From the NCBI GenBank assembly GCA_949358305.1, contig OX442314.1, positions 23,684,001 through 23,748,000 on the forward strand: 64,000 nt of DNA, written 5' to 3'. Shown piece after piece: positions 39,901 to 51,500 of this stretch (position 1 is its first letter; every line of letters starts with the position of its first letter). Made by a program: the position numbers and the translations under genes. This stretch comes from Strigamia acuminata. Taxonomy: Eukaryota. Under the pieces are notes generated by a model. It saw only the letters and a program-made list of their open reading frames with translations. It was not told the DNA's origin and did no database searches.

Positions 39901-42900
39901 AGCAAACCCACGGGATCTAGAAAAATAATAAACATTTATTAAAAGAGTTAACTAAAAAATGTATAATTTTTTTGTAAATTTTAAAATAAAATTATTAGGT
40001 GCACACAATCTCTACTAGTAAAATTAATTAAATTCATGGTAAAATTTGACTGACAGCATCGCACCGTCAATATACATAGATTCAATACTGTGACTCTGGG
40101 GCACCGGACTTTGACCCCTGCTCTAAGTCCACTTCCCTACCATAAGGGGGGACCCCATTAATGTAATGGATTTACGGATTGGCTCTCGTAAATCTACATT
40201 GTTCGCCATCTTGTTTGACCTGTAATAAATTAGTATTTTGCTGTTTTCTAACATGCACATACGTAACTGACTCACAAGAACAAAATAATGTTTGATAATT
40301 TATTTCTACTTTTCATGTATTATCCAAGTATTATCTATACCTGCAACATCTTTCAACAGGTTATTCGATGATGCTATTGATGCAGCGGATGCAGCGGATT
40401 CAGCGGGTGCAGCGGGTGCAGCGGGTGCAGCGGATGCAGCGGAATTGAAAGCAGGATCGATTTTAGCCGATGTTGCTATTGATGCTATTCCAACGGATTT
40501 GGAATCAGAACCAATTTTAATATTTATACCTCTTCCAAGTACATTATTGGTACTAGCTTCTCGCGCTTGAATAGCACTTGTCAGCAAAGCCAGCGGATCT
40601 AGAAAAATAAGAAACATTTATTAAAAGAGTTTACTAAAAAAATGTATAATTTTTAATTTGTAGATTTTAAAATAAAATTATTAGGTGCACACAATCTCTA
40701 CTAGTAAAATTAATTAAAGTTATGATAAAATTTGGCTGACAGCATCGCGCCGTCAATATTCAGTACAAAATAATGTTTAATAATTTATTTCTACTTTTCG
40801 TGGATTATCCAAATATTATCTTTACCTGAAACACCTTTCAACAAGTTACTCGAATCAGAATCCGTTTTAATATTTATTCCTCTTCCAAGTATATCATCGG
40901 TACTACCTAGTTTCGCTTGTATAGCACTTGTCAGCAAAGTCACCGGAGCTAGAAAAATAATAAACATTCATTAAAAGAGTTTATTGAAAAATGAATAATT
41001 TGTAATTTTTAAATTTAAAAAAAAAAATAATTACTCTTGGCTTTAGCTTCTCGCGCTTCAATAGCACTAGTCAGCAAAGCCTCCGGATCTAGAAAAATAA
41101 TAAACTTTTATTACAAGAGAATAATAAAAAATGTATAATTTTTAATTTGAGGAGTTTAAATTAAAATAATTATGTACACCAAATCTCTACTAGCAAAATT
41201 AATTAAATTCATGGCGAAATTTGGGGACAGCATCGCACTGTCAATATAAATAACTTCAATACAAAATAAAATTTTATGCGTTCTTTCTACTCTACATGGA
41301 TTATCCAAAAATTATCTATACCTGAGACGCCTTTCAACAGGTTAGTCGATGTTGCTAGTGATGCTATTCCAACGGAATTGGGATCAGAACCCAATTTAAT
41401 ATTTATACCTCTTCCAAGTACATTATCGTTTCCAGCTGCTCGCGCTTGAATAGCATTTTGCAGCAAAGCCAACGGATCTAGAAAAACAATAAATTTTTAT
41501 TAAAAGAGAATATTAAAAAATGTATAATTTTTAATTTGAGGATTTTAAAATAAAATGATTATGTACCCAAAATCTCTACTAGTAAAATTAATTAAATATA
41601 TGGGAAAATTTGGACGACGGCATCGCATTGTCAATATAAATAAATTCAATACTAAAGGATATTTTATGCATTCTTTATACTCTACATGGATTATCCAAGT
41701 ATTATCTACCTGAGATGCCTTGCACATCGGTCTCTGGAATTTTCTTAAATAGTAGAAATATATTGATAATTACAAATAGGCAACTACAATACATTAAGTT
41801 AGTTACTTTTTGTGACTCGGAATTTGGATTCGATTTACTACTTCCTAACTCTGTATTGTATAAACATTTATTATGCGTTCTTCTATTTTTAGTTGATTAC
41901 TTAAGTGTTATCTATACCTGAGCCGCCTTTGTTCGTGTTCATCCGTAATGAATTTCCACCCCCGTCTCCATGATGACTTTTCTTAAACATTAGAAATAAA
42001 TTTATTAAGAAATTAGCAACTACAACATACTCGTATATAATTAATTAGGTACTTTTTTTGATCTACCGCCTAATCCTAAAAGCAAAAAAAATTGTTAAAA
42101 ACATTATTAATATCTTTGTGTTGTACTGCCAATACTCACCATCACCAAACTTTTTTTTAATTCGATCTTTTGCACTGGCCAACTAGTTAAACAAATATAC
42201 AAATGTATATAAATATAAAAAAAATTAAAATTATATTTTATACTTACCGCGCCTTTAATTCCTGCTAGTGGTGAGAATTTGCCACCTGCACCAAAAATGT
42301 ATTACTCGATTTACTTTTATTAAAATGTTTATTTGTATTGTACAATACATACCTTTCGGTTTATCCTGCTTAAAAAAAAGTTACAAAATAAATTAAAGTC
42401 ATATATTAATACTGTCCATGTTGTATTATATTTACGCCTTTATCTACAGCAGCAACATCTGGTGTGCCAGTTGGTACTACGGGTGTTTCTGGTGCACTTG
42501 CCTTAGCACCGAGTGGCCCTGCCAGACCATAATCTTGTCGTTAAAGTTATATACGCTACTTACTTTCATACCACATTCGAGAGAAAAAAACCATTTAGCT
42601 ATTTCCACTCAAATTTGGTTGATCCCCTTGAATCTCACAATTGAACATAATGGAGCCATTCGGCCCCGCATTAAAGACCCAATATTTTGCAAAGGGGGCC
42701 CCAAACAAAAATAAAAATCAACATGTCCAAACTAACTGGGCCCTGCAATTGCTAATGCCGGTCCTATTTTTAGCTTACCAAAATTTTCTTTGTCACCGGG
42801 TTGGGGGTCAGCTCCTACAGCCTGTCGATTAATTTTCAGAATATATTCACCGTATTATTTCAATTTACGTATTTACCTGCAATAGAAGAATCGTTGGAAT

Positions 42901-42933
42901 TACTGAGGAGAGAAGCCATGATATTTTAAACAT
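36943..42933 (-). CDS. Secreted repeat protein, 25 exons, about 816 aa, with 14 tandem DPxxLLxSAIQAR modules and a His/Lys-rich C-terminus
   Basis: Signal peptide MFKISWLLSSVIPTILLLQ|AVGA-DP (42933-42877, 42821-42779), then eight further small exons. Repeat exons: 41477-41322, 41088-41035, 40948-40826, 40598-40341, 39916-39803, 39569-39519, 39435-39307, 39073-39020, 38935-38825, 38582-38442, 38216-38115, 37881-37840, 37756-37649, 37542-37074; last exon 37021-36943. All introns are GT-AG and the frame is uninterrupted. Confidence 0.85.
37542..41720. repeat. Tandem exon-intron duplication array
   Basis: Recurrent intron text (ggattatccaa..tatctatacctga; gacagcatcgc.c.gtcaatat; tctagaaaaataataaacatttatt) around each repeat exon. 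Confidence 0.9.
40089..40276 (+). mobile_element. Probable solo LTR (188 bp) inserted in one intron of the repeat gene
   Basis: TGTGA...TCACA termini and an internal AATAAA; interrupts the conserved intron text ttcaatac|aaaataat and is absent from sister introns; TSD imperfect (aatac/agaac). Confidence 0.65.
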
Positions 42934-45495
42934 TGCTTGTATGATTTATCGAAAACGAAAGAATTAAATATTGCTTTGGAGTTTGGTATGTGCGCAATAA
43001 TTTACAAAAATTGATTCTATTACATCAATTAATTTATTGCTTTCAGGATATTATTAAATTAATTACAATACAAGTCCATTGTTCGGTATGAATAAGTTCT
43101 GGTTGCTAGTAATTAAAATGTAAACATATGAAAAGCTCAAAGTACATTTATTGCTTTATTATGTTACTGTAACAAAACAAATTGCTAACATAGCAAACCA
43201 AGTTTACGTATACGTTAGTAGATGGAGACATATCATCAATAAGTTTAGGCTAAATTTGTCTTATTTGACTTATAAAATTAATAAAGACCTTTTGAAAAAA
43301 TTAATCGGATGTGATGTAATTTAGGGAGTTCGACGTCTTTTGAAAAAGCCGCTTTATCGACGCAAAAATTAGCGTTGACAATAAAAACAATTTATTATAT
43401 CTTGCCAACAACACGGATTGTCGACGCATTTTGAGGCAAAATATTGATGTTATGCTTGTACATTGATATCAGGGGGACACGTTCTTTCTAAGCTCCACAG
43501 TCAATGTGTGAATGGCGGTAGGTCGCCTCATGGCCAGGGGAGAACTATGGGACGTTTTGACACCAATCACAATTAAAAACAACACAGAGAACACACAGTT
43601 TGAATTGATTATATCTTTATTGTAGTTGTCTAGGGGTCTAGGGGTCTAGGGGTCTAGGGGAGCGTTCACCATGTTATCGCTTAGGTCGCTGGGTTGCCTT
43701 TCAGCAACCAAGCCCAGTCCTGACCACGTGGCCGGATTACTTGCCTGCTGTGCATTGCAGCACGGCCCAACGGGTCGCTTCAAGTCTTTGCGGACTTGAC
43801 AGCAAGCTCGCCTCTTATTGCGTATCGTCACCTTATCTCCAAGCACGACCAGTCTCTCGTAACCATGATTGTGCTGGGTCTCTTGTGGCGGTCTTGAAAC
43901 AGATTGACCCCTTGCAGAATCCTCTGTTTCCATTGGCTGCCATGGGAAATCAGCTTCGACGTTATGTCATAGAAGCTGCAGAGAATCATCTAGATTATGT
44001 TGCCAGTGCCAACTGGCGGCCAGTTGATCACAAATGTGGGCCTGCCATCAGTGGTATGATTACTGATTATTAATAGGATAGTTATGTTTTCTTTAAACCA
44101 AATCAACTGCCAACCTGTTTTCAGTGGCAGAAAGTTGCTAAGGGAAATTGAAAATTGATGCCATGATGTCACAGCCCAGCCGATCCACATCTTTCCTGCT
44201 TTTGTACGATCTGTGTGGTTTTTTGGTTAAATTTTGCCATTTTAATAATTTTAATATTCAATATTGAATATTTTTTTTCCCATTGGGCCTGTATCAATTT
44301 TTTGTGCACTCTTCTGACGTACTGGTGATGGCTGAGTTAACGTTTCCTTTTTCTTTGTTCTAAATTTTATTAAATTTATTTTAAGAATTATAACAGGATT
44401 TGCCTTTATATTTTATTTCAGTTTATTGCCTTGTTTAAAGGCTACTTTCTGACGACAAAAAAGTATAACATCAAAATCTACCACAATTTTAACAATAAAA
44501 TATTAACAATAAATATTTAACAACAAATAGAACAAACGTATTGTCAGCTTACAAGTTAGTGCTAAATAAAACAATTTACACTATCCCACTTGGACAAGCT
44601 TAAAAAGGAATAAAAAAAAAATTAAAACTGATGTATACTGTAAGTATACGGTATGCTTTATACTTACGCCTTTTTAATACTATTTCATCTAGCTTTCCTG
44701 CTGTACTTTCAATTGCTGTCTCACGGTTTAACGTTATACAGGCACTTACCAGGTCCTTGTTATTCCCACGCAAAATAGAATGCCGGATAAATTACTTTGC
44801 ATCAATTTTTTGGTAGGAATAACAAAATATAGAAACTTGACCTTAAACCATATCTGCACATGAGCCAATCATTGCTGGATAATCTGTACAACTCCACAAT
44901 TGGAATTAAAGTCTCAAAACAAAAGGCATCAATTAGAATTTGCATCAGCTAGCCATTGAGGGCAGCACTTTATGCTCTGTATGTAGATATCATGCATGCA
45001 CACGCATGATGACTATTTATGTATGCCCATACTACAATCAGACGCTAGTCGTTAACCGAGAACATGCGTCTGACAATTTTGGCACTAGATGAACTGAATA
45101 TTTTACTGTACTGCTTTCCTTTTTTGATAAAATTCCGCAAGATTTTCGGTAAGAAATTGTGAAATTTTACTATAGTTGCAAGAAAATTTGCAGAGATTTC
45201 GCTTTTTTGCAGTCAAAATTGCGACCAGAATTCGCAGCGTGATCACACAAGACGTTCTCTAAGATCAGACGAGATCTTTATAAATCTTGTTTTAGGAATA
45301 CGCGAGGCCTAATGTGCAATTGACCAATTGTGCAAGATTTTGTTCAAAGTTATGCCCTGAGATCGAGTGAGATATTTTTCAAGTGTTGAGCAAATACCAG
45401 GCAAGATTTGACTGAATATTTGTTTGCAACATTGTGAGAGATTTGCATGAGGAGGCCAAGGGGAATGGCATGAAATTTGCCTCAAGATCAAGAAA

Positions 45496-45631
45496 GCATG
45501 AGATTTGACTCACGATTGCACGAGATTTGACTCACGATTGCACGAGATTTGACTCACGATTGCATGAGATTTGACTCAGGATTGCATGAGATTTGACTCA
45601 CGATTGCATGAGATTTGACTCAAGATTGCAC
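45496..45631. repeat. 22-bp minisatellite x6
   Basis: (gagatttgactcacgattgcay)6 within a larger repeat-like region at about 45050-46250. Confidence 0.9.
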
Positions 45632-47197
45632 GTGCGTGACAATTTTGGCTCAAGATTCCGTTCAATGACTTTAATACACTTAGTAATATTTTACTGTAAC
45701 GCTTTCACAGCTGAGCTGACATTTCGCATGATTTTAAACAAAATTTTATGAAAATTTGCAGATTTCCGTGAATTTGCAGAAAATTTTGCAACGAGATTTC
45801 ACTTCATTTGTGACAAGAATTAGCAAATTTGCAGGAAAAATTGCAACGAATTTATGCGAGATTTCGCGAAACTTGCAACAGAATTGCACAAGACTTTCTC
45901 AAAAATCAGATGAGATTTGACTAGAGACTTGTCAGTGACGAGCGGAGATTTTTTTGACAGATCTGTTCAAAGTTCCTCACAGAAGCATTCTGAGGCTGAC
46001 CCCCAACCGCTATGCCACAGGAAAATTTCCTTGGAGAAATCCCAAAACTGCTACAGCCAGCTCTGCAAACCCCTAGGGTCGCTATTGAGATTTACTGCAA
46101 AAATATACGACACGATTGTGCGAGATTTACCACGAGATATAAAATGTCTCAAGAATTGAACTAAAAACCAAACACGATTAGACATGAAATTTGTTGCAAG
46201 ATATTGGAAGATATTTTGCTTGAAGATCGCATTAAAATTGCCACTCGCGAGTAGATGAGACTTGCCATGTTTGGAAGATTCGCCAATTTATTGGGAAGTT
46301 GATTTACACACCTGAGTTTTTACTGCTTAAATAACAGTGAATTTAAAATTGAATTTTTTAATAATTGGATAAGACTATGATCATTATCCCATTTCTGACA
46401 CGACATAAAGAAATGCATTTAGGTCGAGCATGTGGTATAAGACCGATCTTTATTCTCTACTCAACAGAACAGGTGCCATTAGCTGTCAATCACATGATCT
46501 CCATGTTCTGATTTTACAAATCAATGAAATTTCTTGGTAAGTTTTATAACCAGAGTTTAAACTACCGGTATTCATCAAAATGACATCACAACCTGCTATA
46601 AAAAGCAGTAAATGATGGAAAACAGGAAAGCAAAATAATATTGGACGCACTCATTGTTATTTTGTGTAAAGTGATAATGTATATACGTGTATATAAATTA
46701 TCACTTCAATTTTATACCAGTAAACTAAAGTGTACTGGTAAATAAAAGTGGATAAATTATCCAAACTGGTCTCTATTTTATTGGCAAACCCATTGAAATT
46801 AAGCGACCAGCAACAAAAAAACCACCACTTTACAAATTATATATTACTTTGCATGCAAAGGTGTATAACATTCGTAATGAAGTGGTTTGAAATCACAAAA
46901 AGTGATAAATTAGAATTTCTAGCTTTGAGGCCGAAATATAAGGTTCTGTGGTTTGTTAGTCAAAAACCCAACCTAGTTTTACTGCCTTTAACTGTATAAA
47001 CCACAGAAAACCCAGTTAAAGGTATGTAGCATATGTTTTTATTATAAAAACATATTTAATTAGACAAAGATGAGAGCCCAACTGGGTTGGGCACTTATCA
47101 AAGTATCACTTATCGAATCCCAATGTTTCTTAAATTAAGTGTTGAAAAACCGCAAATCGTGGAAAGCAGCAAAGTGAAAACACGACTGCAAAGTACT

Positions 47198-47505
47198 TCA
47201 CGTTACTGCACAGATTTGCCGCTTTCCAAAATTTTTATTACACTTCAAGAACAAACGATTAAATAGTACTTTTCCAGATAAAACTGCGATAAAAGCCACT
47301 CGAGAACATTACTCTATACCAAATACCATACCAGCGTTAGGGCCGAGGAGCGATCGGAGGTCAAATTTTATTTCGTCAGCCTGCCGATTTATTTTTAAAA
47401 TATATTCACCGTATTATTATTTCTTTTTACATAAATTACCTTCACAAGAAGAATAACTGAAGTTGTTAGCAACAAAAGCGCGAACATTTTCAAAAATGTA
47501 TGCAT
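47198..47505 (-). CDS. Short secreted peptide gene or truncated paralog of the repeat-protein gene
   Basis: Exon 1, 47487 (or 47505)-47440, MFALLLLTTSVILLVK; exon 2, 47380-47332, ADEIKFDLRSLLGPNA; candidate exon 3, 47283-47198. Intron 1 (atatattcaccgtattatt) and an upstream motif (ctggttgctagtaattaaaat) are shared with 42841-43120. Confidence 0.55.
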
Positions 47506-48567
47506 CGTGAATCGATATCACACAAGTTATAAATTTTGCTAGTGAATCCGCAATTATATATAACCTGCTGCTCGTTAAAAAATTTTACCGTCTTGTTTAA
47601 CGGTTATTATAAATTTTATTGAAATAAAACTTCATTGTTCTCTAATTGTAATGGCTATGTGCAGTCCTGAAGTAAATCCTGGTTGCTAGTAATTAAAATT
47701 TTAAGTCTAATTTTTAAAATAATAAACCTATGGTAGTTGAAGATGAAGTTGTAATTAAACTAAATTTAGACATGTTTTATGAAGGAACTTTATGATGTGA
47801 ATGAATAATTAAGCTTTAATTTAATTTGCTTGAAATAATATGTCTGCTATATTTATTTATTTTTTGTTGAAAAAAATAAAGTTGGTTTAAAATTTATAAA
47901 TTTTCTATTGACAGCTCGTGCTAAAAAAGCAAATCTAGTTGAGGCCTGTGGAACAACGTATGTTTCCAACAGAACACGAAAGGTTATGATTTTGAAATAT
48001 TTGGTATTTTCTAGTTTAAAATTTACCAAATTAATTATTAGCAGAGCGTACTCACACTACAACATCGCAAAATAACTTTCTAATCTCATCATTGCTGAAA
48101 TGTCCGTGTTTAGAGATCTGTTCCCACCTAACCCTAATTTATTCATATGTATTATAACTGATCAATGTTCTATTGTTTCAGAGAAGTTGTCTGTCTACAG
48201 ACAAAGAATTGTTGTAATATACTGCTGAACTGCACATGGAAGTTAAATTCTGTACTATACAGAGGTATTGTAATAACTCATACTCATTGAATTCCTTTTT
48301 TTTCTTTTGATGGAAATGTTTTCATTTCACTTTTTTTGCAAACAAATAAAAAAAGAGCAATAAATTAGAGTCAACATTGACAGTTTGTAATGAATTTGAT
48401 TGTTATTGACACCTATGTCTACAAGTTTTCATGTCAAGTACACGTGTAAACAAATTTATTCCATACTCAATATCTCAAATTATTGCAATTGTGAGTAATG
48501 GTGACTATTCATGAAAATGTCATTATAAAAAAGCTGAAGTTCCTGTCCACTTTCTCACAAATTCATC

Positions 48568-51500
48568 ATGATTCATATCTATTTTATGGTTTTTCTTCTC
48601 GGCTTTATAGCATATCAATCGGAAGTAAGTAACTTATAATTTTTACTTTTAAAGATCATTTCATTGATATTTTAATGTTTCTGAATTTAATAGTCACAAG
48701 CGGAAAAGTTACAATTGCCAGTAAGTATATATAATTAATTAATTTACACAGAAATTGAATGGTTACAATAGATACATTATAAATATTTTTTAGCTATGGG
48801 CAATTTTGAAGAGAAATAGCAAGTTTGATGAGGATGGCTTTCGAATCTGGGAACAAGACATTGTCTTGCATGGAAAGAATAAAGAGAACGTTGCTTTCTC
48901 CGAAAGAACTGCGCGGAAAAACCTGAATTCCAGATGGCCTCAAGGAATAATTCCTTACAAGATAGATCCATCGTGTAAGATTTAAAACCCCTATTCATAG
49001 TATTTGCAAATGGTAATAAATTCAAACATTATAATAACAAATAGAGTTCTATATTATTATACGAGATAAAAACCTATTAGTAAGCAAATTGGCACGCTCA
49101 AGGTTTTCCATCCGTATACGATGTCACAACTTGAATTTGTTACCATACTCAACAATCAACTGAAATTGAGAATATTACCTCACAGTTAATTTCTTTATGT
49201 TTATCAAGTTTTTATTGATTTTTAGTAAACCAAAAAGAAAGTAGAAGTGCAATCAGTCAAGCCATGCAATTATGGATGGATAACACTTGTGTCGTATTTT
49301 CCAATTCACCAAATATACGTGATAAACCACACTTAGTGTTAAAGCATACGGGGACGGGGTAAACTTTACCTCAATTTTACTCTAGAATTTACATTTATAT
49401 TTTTATCATTTCTTATTCTAGATGCAATTCTTGGGTTGGTATCTACGATGAACATACTACCGATCAGACTGTATCACTTGATCAACCTGGTTGTTCAACA
49501 TCTGTAAGTAATATTAATATCAAGAAGTAATATTAATGATCAAATACAGTGAGCAACGTGTGGTAGTATTGAATCAGAATCAGAAAATACAGTACTTCAT
49601 CGCATTCACAGGTACCAGTTGTCGCCCACGAATTAGCTCACGCCATTGGATTATGGCATGAACAAGATCGTTTAGACCGTGACACTTACTTGAATGTTTA
49701 CAAGAACAACATGGGTGAAAACATTGTTTATTTCGAAACTGCCAATGACGATGTAATGAATTATGACGTACCATACGAATATTCATCACTTATGCAATAT
49801 TCACCAGATGTAGGTTAAGTATAAACCAATCGACTTAAATTTTACTTTCTCAAAATTTGATACTCCGTATTATTGATATTTTGAAATAGGCTTACACCGG
49901 TAATGGTAAGCTTACTCTTGTTCCAAAAGATCCATTGGCTTTCCCATTAATGGGAGGTGCAACAAAGATTACGTATCTGGACTATAAATTGGTTAATCGA
50001 ATGTATAACTGCTCAAGTACAAATTCTACAACATTTCATAAATAATCATGACTGTATATAAATATTTTTTTCTTGGATTAACAGATAAATGCCAAAATCC
50101 CCCTACTTGTCAAAATGGTGGTTATGCCGCATGGAATAATCTAAAAGGCTGTCGATGTGAATGTCCTCCTGGATTTTCTGGTTCCAACTGCCAAACCAAA
50201 GTGCCTGTTGGTATGATTGAGCCCCCCCTCATCATTCCTCCTCTAAATTAGAGCAAAAAATTATGTTTTCAGAACCTCCTTGCGGTGGAAGAATTACAGC
50301 TCCAACTCGGATTCAAAGTCCTAATTACCCCAATAATCATCCTGCAGGTCTGCGATGTGCTTGGCTCATTGAGGTACCGTAATTACGCAACATATGCGAA
50401 TAAATTTTACGAGTGTGGTGACCCAGTTGGATAAGTGTCCCCCCAGGGCGGATACTTGTCCTATGAGTCACTATGATTAAAGAGTCGTTCCCCCCCGAGT
50501 TGGCTCCACCTCCCCATGGCAGGTGTGTGCCCCGAGGGGGAGGAAGCGGCTGGTGGTCAGCCCCCATTGGTTGATCGCCGGCCCTTCACCCCACTGCATA
50601 AAAGGCTGTGTTTCCCGCCTAAAGACAGAACTTACACAAACGACACCAAGAACACAGCAACTACCTCACCGTCAGGCCAACTTCAACTACAAGTTAGGAT
50701 TGATCGAGGATCGCTGAGTAAAGTGCAAACTGTAACTCTCACGAAGTCACTTGCGAGCTATTCCTGCGAAAGCACGAGAATAGCCCTTGTGAAATCACCC
50801 AGAATAATCGCCCAGACGATTATTCGCCGAAGTAAGTGTCCGAGTGCTTTGTAGGGAACCCCAAAGTTCCTAGACGAGGCCTCTGCGACGCTAAACAAAC
50901 CCTAGACAACAGGCACGGATAGAAGACTCGAAAGAGCATTCCACCGCGTCCGTGAAGACGAATCCGTGACGAATTAACGACAACTCGAGACGCCGCCTTT
51001 GTTCCGCCGACCACGCGGAATCGACGACGCCATCTTGAGAAATCCTTTGTTCGACGCTGACCACGTCGACTCTAGAATTATTACTGAGTGTATTTTAAAG
51101 GCATAAAGCCTGGTGAATAAATTACCTGTTTATTTACATACATTTGGTATTCATTTGGGTATTTACATAATTGATCACAGGTAAAGTATTACACGTTAGC
51201 GCTATTTAAACCTATACCAAGTAGGACGCGACACGTGGGGGCCTGTCCGGGATTTAGAAATAAATCTCAAATCTGAACTTGTGATCTCTCAATAAGATAA
51301 CCCAAACCGTAGAATTACCGAAAGAAAATGTCAGACAAAGATGAGCAATCCACGTCTGACACCGAGCAGAGAATGCCCGAGAAGGGAAAAAGGACCTCCG
51401 ACTACCACCTAAGGTCGGATGGTCCCGTCCCTGAAATGTCCGCAAAGGCGAAAGCCCGAGCGAATAAAAGGAGAGCGAAGGCGCAGAAAGAGGAGCAAGC

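Noticed and set aside
43490..44830. GC-richer segment with short ORFs, (tctagggg)4 and exon-like pieces on the minus strand
   Set aside because: Internal stops and no recognisable protein; probably a decayed repeat or pseudogene that I cannot support.
50516..50854. 112-aa ORF and other small ORFs inside the LTR, duplicated at 62563-62901
   Set aside because: Duplicated only because the LTR is; no recognisable motif; likely chance ORFs in GC-richer DNA.
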